A DNA stretch of 60,061 nucleotides, filler included. It is 3 parts of 3 records of this genome, joined end to end, with 100 filler letters (N's around TTAATTAATTAA, not from the genome) between each part and the next. Parts side by side here need not be neighbours in the genome. Positions count along the whole stretch, not along the records: positions 1 to 20,845 come from SRR20825019_2707; 2 more parts are not named here. One strand, written 5' to 3'. The notes below the pieces were generated by a model that had not been told where the DNA came from, made no database searches, and was given only the letters and a program-made list of their open reading frames with translations. Shown piece by piece: positions 1-8,025 of the stretch. A program made the position numbers and the translations under genes. How positions within the stretch are numbered: position 1 is the stretch's first letter; every line of letters begins with the position of its first letter.

Positions 1-618
1 ATTGGCATGCAGCATCAGATAGCCAAGGCCCGAGCTGGAGCCGACCCACTCGCCGACGATTGCCCCGATAGGCGCCACGGCCGTCGCCACGCGAAGCCCG
101 GAGGCAAAGGAGGGCAGGGCGGCCGGCAGGCGGACATGCAGCAGCAGGTCGAGACGGCTGGCGCCGAGCGTGCGGGCGCAATCGATGAAAAGCGGATCGG
201 TCCGGCGCAGGCCGTCATACATTGCCGCCGTGACCGGGAAGAATATGATCAGTGCGGCCATGGCTACCTTGGACGCCATGCCGTAGCCGAGCCAGAGCAC
301 GAGGATCGGCGCCAGTGCGAAGACCGGTACCGCCTGGCTGATAACCAGCACGGGCAATAGCCACGGGCGGATCCGCGCGGACCAGGCCAGCATCAATGCC
401 GTGGCGCCGCCGAAAAGCGTGCCCAGTGTCAGGCCAAGCAGGATTTCTGCCAGCGTAATCGAAGCATGGCGGAAGATCAGGGAAGCTGACCGGATCCAGG
501 CCTCGGCGACCGGCAGGGGGCCGGGCAGGATATAGACGGGCGTGCCGCTGATACTGACGATAAGCTGCCAGGTGGCCAGTATTCCGGCGAATATGATAAC
601 AGCGCGCACCGCATTCAT
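1..618 (-). CDS. ABC transporter permease, NitT/TauT family (ThiX-like thiamine-precursor uptake); 3'-truncated by window edge
   Basis: Not in the ORF track. Manual translation from ATG 618: MNAVRAVIIFAGILATWQLIVSISGTPVYILPGP...SQAVPVFALAPILVLWLGYGMASKV...ARTLGASRLDLLLHVRLPAALPSFASGLRVATAVAPIGAIVGEWVGSSSGLGYLMLHAN. Lies downstream of a TPP riboswitch. Confidence 0.9.
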   Translation of the reverse strand, partial: MNAVRAVIIFAGILATWQLIVSISGTPVYILPGPLPVAEAWIRSASLIFRHASITLAEILLGLTLGTLFGGATALMLAWSARIRPWLLPVLVISQAVPVFALAPILVLWLGYGMASKVAMAALIIFFPVTAAMYDGLRRTDPLFIDCARTLGASRLDLLLHVRLPAALPSFASGLRVATAVAPIGAIVGEWVGSSSGLGYLMLHAN

Positions 619-679
619 GGGCGGTTACCGCGATTGCGGAAATTGCTGATGGTGCGGAAAGGGGAGTGCGTGGGCATCG

Positions 680-768
680 CGTTCTTCCTACGCCGGCATT
701 ATCCGGATCAGGTTTAGGGTCGTTCCTTCCGGAACCTCTCAGCCGCTCCCGCAGCTCCCCTGAATGTC
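680..768 (-). ncRNA. TPP (thi-box) riboswitch
   Basis: Minus strand reads ttcAGGGGAGC...GCTGAGAG...GACCCtaAACCTGATCCGGATAATGCCGGCGTAGGAAG, containing the hallmark TPP aptamer segments. Confidence 0.93.
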
Positions 769-859
769 CGGCGATCATGGTCGAGCTTGCGGCCTCATGC
801 AAGCCCGCAGGGGAAATCGCGATACCGGTCTGGATGGCTGGCGCAAGGCGCGCTACCTA

Positions 860-2053
860 ATGGGCATGGAACAGAGAGCAGAAAGCGGGCAGAGCGATGT
901 AATCGCCCCAGTGCGCCCCCGGCTTGACCCCGCGATCCCGGCCGCCTTTCCGGCGCAACCGATTCTGATCGGCAGCGAGATCTATCGGAAATCCCGCTAT
1001 GGCGTGAAACATCCGCTGTCAATTCAACGGGTGACGCCGGTGATGGATCTCGTCCGCACTCTGGGCCTGCTTGACGATAGCCGTTTCGTGGACAGCCCGA
1101 CGGCGACGCCGGATGAGCTCGCCCGTTTCCATGCTTCCGATTATATCGCCGCCGTGATTGCGGCCGAGCGGGACGGGCGTGTCAGCGATGAGGTCAGGGA
1201 ACGCTATAATATCGGCCGCAGCGGAAACCCGGTTTTCCCGGAGATTTTCAGCCGCCCTGCAACGGCGGCGGGGGCCTCCGTTCTGGCCGGCAGGACTCTG
1301 GCGGCAGTCGAGCGCGGGACCATCCATTCCCTGGCAGGCGGAACCCATCACGGCCGCCCGGCCATGGCCTATGGGTTCTGTTACTTCAACGATCCGGTGC
1401 TCGGTATCCTGGCCATGCTCGATGGCGGGCTGTCCCGTGTCCTTTATGTCGACCTCGACGCCCATCACGGCGACGGTGTGCAGGATGCCTTTCACGATGA
1501 AGACCGTGTTCTGACGATCTCCATTCATGAGGATGATCGCTGGCCCCGGACCGGGCCGGCCGAAGACAGGGCAGGCGGCATGGCCCGGAACTTCCCCGTT
1601 CCGAAAGACATGAACGACACGGAGCTCCGTTTTCTGGTCGAGGAAGCGGTCCTGCCGATAGGAGAGGATTTCCGTCCGGAGGCAATCGTCATCCAAAGCG
1701 GGTGCGACGCGCTGGCCGATGATCCGCAGAGCAAGCTGTCGCTCTCGAATAATGCGATCTGGGAGGCTGTTCAGCGCCTTTCCTCTCTTGCTCCACGAGT
1801 TCTCGTGGTTGGAGGGGGAGGCTATAACCCCTGGGCCGTCGCTCGCTGCTGGACCGGGATCTGGGCGCATCTGAACGGTATCGATCCGCGCGGCATTTCA
1901 GTCGGTCCAGCCGCCGAAAATATTCTTCGCGGCTTGTTCTGGAACCATAGTCGGGGGCGTAATCCACCGGAGCACTGGTTCACAACACTGGCCGATATTC
2001 CGTTGGAAGGTGAGGTGAGGACCAGCATACGGGACCTTGCACGCTTGGTCTAA
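860..2053 (+). CDS. acuC: Acetoin utilization protein AcuC / histone-deacetylase-family Zn deacetylase
   Basis: GGTHHG, GFCYFND, YVDLDAHHGDGVQ, ISIHE, QSGCDALADDP and GGGGY motifs. Likely start ATG 860 or 866. Confidence 0.88.
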   Translation: MGMEQRAESGQSDVIAPVRPRLDPAIPAAFPAQPILIGSEIYRKSRYGVKHPLSIQRVTPVMDLVRTLGLLDDSRFVDSPTATPDELARFHASDYIAAVIAAERDGRVSDEVRERYNIGRSGNPVFPEIFSRPATAAGASVLAGRTLAAVERGTIHSLAGGTHHGRPAMAYGFCYFNDPVLGILAMLDGGLSRVLYVDLDAHHGDGVQDAFHDEDRVLTISIHEDDRWPRTGPAEDRAGGMARNFPVPKDMNDTELRFLVEEAVLPIGEDFRPEAIVIQSGCDALADDPQSKLSLSNNAIWEAVQRLSSLAPRVLVVGGGGYNPWAVARCWTGIWAHLNGIDPRGISVGPAAENILRGLFWNHSRGRNPPEHWFTTLADIPLEGEVRTSIRDLARLV

Positions 2054-2078
2054 TGGCGCGGAACTCAATAACGGGTGA

Positions 2079-2579
2079 ATGCCCGGTAATAACGAACAGA
2101 CGGAATTCGCTGTGACTCATTCCCTGAAAATTATGATTGGCGCTGTGTTTGCGCTCGGGCTTTTTGCTGGTTTTGCCTGCGAGGCAGCGGCCGATGAGCA
2201 GAGTCGTCTGATTCTTCATCGCGGAGATGCCGAGCACATCTTCACTGTCGAGATCGCCGATACACCGGAAACCCGATCCTCCGGCCTGATGTTCCGGAAA
2301 GAGCTGGCGGACGATGCCGGGATGCTGTTCATCTATCCGGGCAAACAAAAGATCTCGATGTGGATGAAGAACACACTGATCTCGCTCGACATGCTGTTTC
2401 TCGACCGTGACGGGACGATTCTGTACATAGCCGAACGCACGACGCCATTGTCGACAGAGGTGATTTCCTCCCGGTTTCGCGTAAAGGCGGTGCTTGAAGT
2501 TATTGCGGGAACGGCCGAGCGGCTGGGCCTTCGCGCGGGGGATCGCGTGGAGCATGTGCTTTTGCCGGCTGCACAGTGA
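2079..2579 (+). CDS. DUF192 family exported protein
   Basis: VEIADTPETRSSGLMFR, GMLFIY, MWMKNTLISLDMLF and VLEVIAG motifs with a signal peptide. True start may be 2112 or 2133. Confidence 0.88.
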   Translation: MPGNNEQTEFAVTHSLKIMIGAVFALGLFAGFACEAAADEQSRLILHRGDAEHIFTVEIADTPETRSSGLMFRKELADDAGMLFIYPGKQKISMWMKNTLISLDMLFLDRDGTILYIAERTTPLSTEVISSRFRVKAVLEVIAGTAERLGLRAGDRVEHVLLPAAQ

Positions 2580-2689
2580 CAATACAGCGACAAGGTGCGC
2601 GCAGCCGGTTGTTTCACTCCGGTGTTGCGCTAAGCGATTAAAAGCATTACCTACCGTGCGCCCGTCGACATTGTCGCTGCGGGCCTTGT

Positions 2690-2766
2690 CGGGGTGTAGC
2701 GCAGCCTGGTAGCGCATCTGCTTTGGGAGCAGAGGGCCGGCGGTTCGAATCCGTCCACCCCGACCA
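2690..2766 (+). tRNA. tRNA-Pro(TGG)
   Basis: CGGGGTG...CACCCCG-A-CCA cloverleaf; anticodon arm TCTGC-TTTGGGA-GCAGA; GGTTCGAATCC T-arm. Confidence 0.97.
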
Positions 2767-2896
2767 TTCACACTCAATTGATGATTATCGCGCGTCGATC
2801 CGTCTTTCTTTGATAGAAATTGCGAATGCGTCTTATTATTTATAAGTGATGACACAAAGCCTTTGTGCCGCACCCTCGTTAACCGGGAACAAAGCT

Positions 2897-3451
2897 ATGG
2901 CTATAGAACGGTTGGATTTTTCGTTTCCCCGGATGCGGGGCCCGGCTCTGTTACTCATTGCCCTTATGCTTCCCGTTCTGGCCGGGTGCGCGTCCCCGAC
3001 GCCCTATGCGCCACTGTCCGACCGGTTCGGCTATAAGGACAGCAGTATCGAAAGTGATCGTTACCGGGTCAGCTTCAGCGGAAATTCGGCCACTGATCGG
3101 GAAACCGTCGAGACCTATCTGCTTTACCGCGCGGCGGAACTCACCCTGGAGAAGGGCGCCAGCTATTTTATCGTGGTTGAACGGGACGTTGAAAAAACCG
3201 ACCGCTATCTGAATTATTCCTATGCCCCCTTCGGATATGCCGGTTACGGCTATTTCGGTCATCATGGCGGCTATTACTTCCGGCACCGGATTTATACCGG
3301 CCCGGACGAAAGCGTTCCGATCTCCCGCTATGAGGCGATTGCGGAGATTGTCGTGGGCGGCACAGAGCTTTCCGGCAACAAAGCGGACGTCTATAGGGCG
3401 CAAGAGGTTATTGAAAATCTCGAGCCGAAGATCGTCCGGCCGAAAAGCTGA
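2897..3451 (+). CDS. Lipoprotein, CC0125/CC1285-like family
   Basis: Lipobox LAGC followed by ASPTPYAP, GY...YRVSFSGN...YLLYRAAELTL. Confidence 0.75.
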   Translation: MAIERLDFSFPRMRGPALLLIALMLPVLAGCASPTPYAPLSDRFGYKDSSIESDRYRVSFSGNSATDRETVETYLLYRAAELTLEKGASYFIVVERDVEKTDRYLNYSYAPFGYAGYGYFGHHGGYYFRHRIYTGPDESVPISRYEAIAEIVVGGTELSGNKADVYRAQEVIENLEPKIVRPKS

Positions 3452-3562
3452 GTCTCTGCCGCATTGACCTTGCAACGCCTTTGAGCGATACGAAACCCAA
3501 GGCGCTCTTTTGTGAGCGTGCAGAGGGCTCGCAAGGGCCTCGGGGTACGAGGAGAGATTTCT

Positions 3563-3877
3563 ATGTCAGTGCGGATTTATCGGCCGAGCAAAACGGCCAT
3601 GCAGTCAGGGCGCGCAAAGACGAAGAACTGGGTGCTGGAGCCGACTCTCGAAACCGCCCGGCGGCCGGAGCCTCTCATGGGCTGGGTCAGCAGCGGCGAC
3701 ACCAACAATCAGGTCCGGCTGACATTCGAGACCAAGGAAGAGGCCGTTGCCTACGCCAAGAAACACGAGCTCGACTACATCGTGCAGGGCGATCACAAGC
3801 GCAGCCTGAAGCCAAAAGGCTATGCCGATAATTTCGCGGCCGACCGGTTTGAGACCTGGGGCACCTGGACACACTGA
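3563..3877 (+). CDS. ETC complex I subunit (NDUFS4 homologue)
   Basis: RIYRPSKTAMQSG...W...PLMGWVSSGDT.NQVRLTF.TKEEAVAYA...YADNF; AGGAG RBS before ATG 3563. Confidence 0.92.
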   Translation: MSVRIYRPSKTAMQSGRAKTKNWVLEPTLETARRPEPLMGWVSSGDTNNQVRLTFETKEEAVAYAKKHELDYIVQGDHKRSLKPKGYADNFAADRFETWGTWTH

Positions 3878-3892
3878 TTCCACCTGTTTCGC

Positions 3893-3969
3893 GGCCCCGT
3901 AGCTCAACTGGATAGAGCACCGGACTTCTAATCCGACGGTTGCAGGTTCGAGTCCTGCCGGGGTCGCCA
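3893..3969 (+). tRNA. tRNA-Arg(TCT)
   Basis: GGCCCCG...CGGGGTC-G-CCA; anticodon loop CT-TCT-AA; GGTTCGAGTCC T-arm. Confidence 0.96.
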
Positions 3970-4333
3970 GTTTCCATAATCTCATCTGAAAACCAGATCT
4001 TCTTCCGCTCCCTGAGTTTGATTGGGGGGCGCAGTAAATCTGTGGACATATGATCTGCCCTTAAGTGCGGGCGCTCTTGTTTTTCAATACCTTGCAATTC
4101 GATACGATCTGTTTCCACATGGGAAATTATCCCTGAAATCGTTATGCAGCGAGCCCTTTTGGCTGTTCCGTGCCTGCCTCACAATTTTGTGCCGGGTAGT
4201 CGTATTGTACATATGTGTACTTATCCTTATCTGAGGGCAACCGGTCAGCATGCGACTTCCGGCTGCCGGCTCGTTTTTTACATCAGATTAGCACTTGGGC
4301 GGGCATGGCTTGCCGGGTGCATGGGGATAACGG

Positions 4334-5464
4334 ATGAAAAACTTTGTGAAGCCCAAGAGGGCCTTGCTCCAGACCACAACGCTTGTAGCGGCGGGACTCA
4401 TCATTTCGGCCGCTCCCGCGGATGCGGCGGAAAAACTTAAAATCGGTGTCGGGGGTTATGCTGAGCAATGGTTCGGCTATACGGACATCCAGGACGATGG
4501 GAACAGCACTCAGGATCTTTCCGGGTTCGATGTGAAATCGGATACGGAAATCCATTTTAAGGGCTCCACCAAGCTGGATAATGGCCTTGAGGTCGGGATC
4601 AACGTCCAGCTTGAAGGCAACAGCAACAGCAGCGACCAGATTGATGAGAGCTATCTGACCGTTCGCGGCAATTTCGGTCAGATCGATATCGGCGACGAAA
4701 ATTCGGCACTCTACAAAACGCATGTCGCGCCGAAAGAGTACGGTATGGGGATCAATTCCGGCGATACCGTGGACTGGGAATTGACCGGAAACACATCCAT
4801 TGGCGATTCCGGGTATTTCCGGGCACCGTTTGGCGGCACATATATCGAACCGGGGCGCGCCAACGACTCCACCAAACTGACCTATTACACGCCCAGGGTC
4901 GAAGGCTTCCGCGTTGGCCTATCTTATGCGCCGGATAGCAATCAGGACGATAATGTCCAGCCGGACCGGGATAACAGCAGCCTGACCGATGGTGTCATGG
5001 CCGGAATCGACTATTCCCGCGATTTCAACGGTGTGAAGGTCGCGGCATCCGCCGGTTACGGCACGTTCCTCGAGGCCGCGGGGGACAATGAGGAGCCGGA
5101 AGCCTACGCGTTTGGTCTTACCGTTGATTATGCCGGTTTCCAGGTTGGCGGTTCCTACGCCAAGTTCGCGGATTCAGGTGTCAATGACGGCGACGCCTAT
5201 GTAGTCGGTGCCGCCTATGATTTCGGCCAATACGGCGTGAGCGCCACCTATCTTCATGGTGAACGGGAAGGGCTGGACGGCAGCACGGTTCCTGGGACGG
5301 CGCAAGCAGACCGGGATACGTTTGCCCTTGGTGGGCAATACATCCTTGGTCCGGGTGTTTCCCTGCAGGGAACGCTCGGCTATTCCGAATATACCAGCGA
5401 TACCGCCGGTGTTGGCGATGTCGAAGCGGCCTATGCCATTACGGGTATCAGGCTCACTTTCTAA
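4334..5464 (+). CDS. Alphaproteobacterial general porin
   Basis: Signal peptide, EIHFKGSTKLDNGLEVG, DESYL..G.FG, KLTYYTPRVEGF, amphipathic beta strands, C-terminal Phe. Confidence 0.9.
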   Translation: MKNFVKPKRALLQTTTLVAAGLIISAAPADAAEKLKIGVGGYAEQWFGYTDIQDDGNSTQDLSGFDVKSDTEIHFKGSTKLDNGLEVGINVQLEGNSNSSDQIDESYLTVRGNFGQIDIGDENSALYKTHVAPKEYGMGINSGDTVDWELTGNTSIGDSGYFRAPFGGTYIEPGRANDSTKLTYYTPRVEGFRVGLSYAPDSNQDDNVQPDRDNSSLTDGVMAGIDYSRDFNGVKVAASAGYGTFLEAAGDNEEPEAYAFGLTVDYAGFQVGGSYAKFADSGVNDGDAYVVGAAYDFGQYGVSATYLHGEREGLDGSTVPGTAQADRDTFALGGQYILGPGVSLQGTLGYSEYTSDTAGVGDVEAAYAITGIRLTF

Positions 5465-5471
5465 ACCGGTG

Positions 5472-5504
5472 ACCGAAGGGGGCGCCCGGTGCGTCCCCTT
5501 CGGT
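5472..5504. terminator. GC-rich hairpin between convergent genes (probable bidirectional terminator)
   Basis: ACCGAAGGGGGCGC / GCGTCCCCTTCGGT inverted repeat. Confidence 0.65.
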
Positions 5505-5508
5505 TCGG

Positions 5509-7098
5509 CTACCTTATTGTCAGATCCACCTGTACGGTGAGTGCCTTGTAGTCATTGTCCCTATCCGCCCAGGCGCGCCCGGATTCCGGAGTCAAATTCT
5601 CAAGTTTCTTGGAGTTTGGAGCGGCTGTATCAAAGATATGACGGAAACTCGGGGCCACACTGTGGTGATTGGGAGAGTCCACAAAGATCGAAAGCGCCAT
5701 TTCATTGGCATAAATGTCGCCGTCGAACCAGGCAATGGCCCCGCTCTGAAGATATGCGGTATGCCGGATTTCAGCCTGCGCCGGATCAAACGGGATCGTG
5801 ACTGTTTCGCTAACAGGCGGGCCGAACGTCGCATGCAGCATGTGGTTACGCTTAGCCGACGAAGGACCTGTCTTACTGGCTGTCGTTACAAGGTAGCTGC
5901 TTAATACATAGCCGGTACGGCCATCTCCGAGCACAACGCGATACCATTGACCGTTTGCTGTTTTGCCGGTCACCGTGACCTCGGTTTTTGGCGCGATCTG
6001 TCCCAGCAGGGGAGCTTTCTGGTCCGGCCTGCCGCGCAAGTTCACCGAAACCTCTCCATCAACGATCATCGTCTGATCCAGGGACCACACCCCGGGCACG
6101 AAATTACCCGCGTCGATATTTCCCGGGGTGGCCAATCTCTTCAGTCTGTCTGCGGCCAGTGCGGAAAAGAGACCTTGGGGGAATTTTTGCAGGTAGGCCT
6201 GATATTCTTCTGGATACGCGCTCCATTTGATCGACTCCCAGAACAGGAGATCCTGATCCGGTTCCGTTCGCGGGGCGGTGTGAGGGGGGCTGACCATGAA
6301 TGCGAAATCGCCGCGATTGAAGCGGATGTCGTGAAGCTTTCCGTATTGCGGAGTCTGGGATGAACCGGTCAACTCGGTGATTCTCTGGGACATATAAAGC
6401 CCGAGCTCGGCGCCGGTGACGAACCCGTCCCTGTTGAAATTGGCTTCGGCGTCGCCGGTAATTCCGCGCAGAAAATATTCCCTGAAGCTTCCGTCATCCC
6501 GAACCCGCTGGCCGGAATCTCCCGATGTCAGGAATTCCCGGACGGGCTCGTTCATGCGCGCGACTGTCTGGGCCGCGGGGGCGCCGCGGGACTCGAAAAT
6601 GGTTCCGGCAAAACAGGAATCAAACACGGCGAGGACGTGACGGGCCTGTGCCAGCCGGACGTAGGAGCCGAGCATGCGGACTGGGGTGGCTGCCAGCAGA
6701 AACTGCGGTTTGGCCGAAATAGGGGCGTCTCGCGGGACGAGATATCCTTCGCCATCGATGGTTTCGCCATGCCCGGCATACCAGAGCAGCAACCGGGCCT
6801 CTGGGTCCGCGCCCTTGATGACGAAAAATTCGAGCAGCAGGCGGTGCAGTTCTTCTCCGGTAACGTTGGTTCTGAGATCGACCTCGAAGCCGAGAGAGGG
6901 AAGCGCTTCCGCGATCGCTCTCGCATCACCGACCGCATTGTTCAGGCGCGGCCATCCGCCGTTATAGTCATCGATGCCGATGATCAGGGCGAAAGCTTTC
7001 TGATCCCGGGTTGCTGATGCCGGGGGCGACAGGAAGGAGAGCCCAATGATCGTGACGGCCAGAACGAGAATTAACCGAAGACTGCGTTTGCGGGACAT
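5509..7098 (-). CDS. Exported caspase-family (peptidase C14) protease with SH3b domain and unknown C-terminal domain
   Basis: Signal peptide; FALIIGIDDY...LNNAVGDA; His-Cys dyad YAGHG and FDSCF; FWESIK...YLQKFPQG linker; SH3-like NLRGRP...WYRV...GYV; GGGAGG RBS before ATG 7098. Confidence 0.88.
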   Translation of the reverse strand: MSRKRSLRLILVLAVTIIGLSFLSPPASATRDQKAFALIIGIDDYNGGWPRLNNAVGDARAIAEALPSLGFEVDLRTNVTGEELHRLLLEFFVIKGADPEARLLLWYAGHGETIDGEGYLVPRDAPISAKPQFLLAATPVRMLGSYVRLAQARHVLAVFDSCFAGTIFESRGAPAAQTVARMNEPVREFLTSGDSGQRVRDDGSFREYFLRGITGDAEANFNRDGFVTGAELGLYMSQRITELTGSSQTPQYGKLHDIRFNRGDFAFMVSPPHTAPRTEPDQDLLFWESIKWSAYPEEYQAYLQKFPQGLFSALAADRLKRLATPGNIDAGNFVPGVWSLDQTMIVDGEVSVNLRGRPDQKAPLLGQIAPKTEVTVTGKTANGQWYRVVLGDGRTGYVLSSYLVTTASKTGPSSAKRNHMLHATFGPPVSETVTIPFDPAQAEIRHTAYLQSGAIAWFDGDIYANEMALSIFVDSPNHHSVAPSFRHIFDTAAPNSKKLENLTPESGRAWADRDNDYKALTVQVDLTIR

Positions 7099-7347
7099 AG
7101 CGTACCTCCCGTGGTGCACAGACTGTAATGAACGAGCGTTGGCGGCACCTGACTGAAGAGCCGTCCTAGCATTCTACGGCACCATGCTAAGCCGGCAGGC
7201 AATAAATTGCACGCAATCGACGTGGATTAACAATCAGGGCGAGTGAATATGGTAAATTCACTCCTTCGTGCTATTATGGGTTAAGGAATTCGGATTATTC
7301 GTAGAGTTCTTCCTCCTGCCACCGGATTCCGTTTCGGAGGCGTCGAA

Positions 7348-8025
7348 ATGCTCCGGCGTATGACAACGGGCTTTGGTTCGGTCAGCTCTATTCTCGTGAT
7401 CGCAGCGTTTACCGTAGCGGTTGTGGTTTCGCATATTTCCGTTTCTGCCAGCGCGGCGGAGCCCGTTGCGCTCATTGTAGAAATCAATGGCGAAGCCAAG
7501 CCTTCCTTGTCGGCTTTCTCGGAGGTTTCGGACGGTGCCGAACTGGTGCTTGAGCCGGGATCGCGGGTGACATTTCTGCATTATCAGCGCTGCGAGGAAG
7601 TCACCGTCGAGAGCGGTTTGCTGACGATGCGCGCTGGAACTTACCGTATCGTCGGAGGCGATATCGTTCGCCGTACGGCGCGTGGATGCCCGAAAACCAG
7701 CAAAGCCTCGTCATCGAAGGAAATTGGCGGGGTGCTGTTCCGGGGCGACAATGTCCTGCAGCTTTCTCCATCAGCGACCCTCATCATCATCGGGCCGGGT
7801 TCGGGCGATATTGCCCAGGCCCGGATTGAAGGCCGGTCCGGCCGTGTGTCGGGGAACGTCGCGGTGTCCAGAGGCGTCATCGATATGAAAGCTTTTCCCT
7901 CCTGGGTGCAGGCAGGCGAGGAATACCAGCTCGAGTTGTTGAGGCGTTCGGGAGCACCAGCACTGCGTATCGCCATCGTCGCTGCATCGATGCATAACGA
8001 TCTCGCGGTGATACGTGCCGAATGA
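7348..8025 (+). CDS. Exported hypothetical beta-rich protein (FecR-like N-terminus), overlapping the cyclase gene
   Basis: Hydrophobic N-terminus ending ASA-AE; stop overlaps cyclase GTG start region by 11 nt. Family is tentative. Confidence 0.7.
   Translation: MLRRMTTGFGSVSSILVIAAFTVAVVVSHISVSASAAEPVALIVEINGEAKPSLSAFSEVSDGAELVLEPGSRVTFLHYQRCEEVTVESGLLTMRAGTYRIVGGDIVRRTARGCPKTSKASSSKEIGGVLFRGDNVLQLSPSATLIIIGPGSGDIAQARIEGRSGRVSGNVAVSRGVIDMKAFPSWVQAGEEYQLELLRRSGAPALRIAIVAASMHNDLAVIRAE

Noticed and set aside
215-802. 195-aa minus-strand ORF and plus-strand ORF 7-360 in the ORF track
   Set aside because: Shadow frames. The real gene is the permease at 618-1, and the 5' part of the 195-aa ORF is the riboswitch.
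3563-3877. Mitochondrial-type complex I accessory subunit in a bacterium
   Set aside because: NDUFS4 homologues are well known in Alphaproteobacteria.
3920-3936. C-A mismatch at the top of the tRNA-Arg anticodon stem
   Set aside because: A single 27:43 mismatch is tolerated in functional tRNAs and the rest of the cloverleaf is intact.
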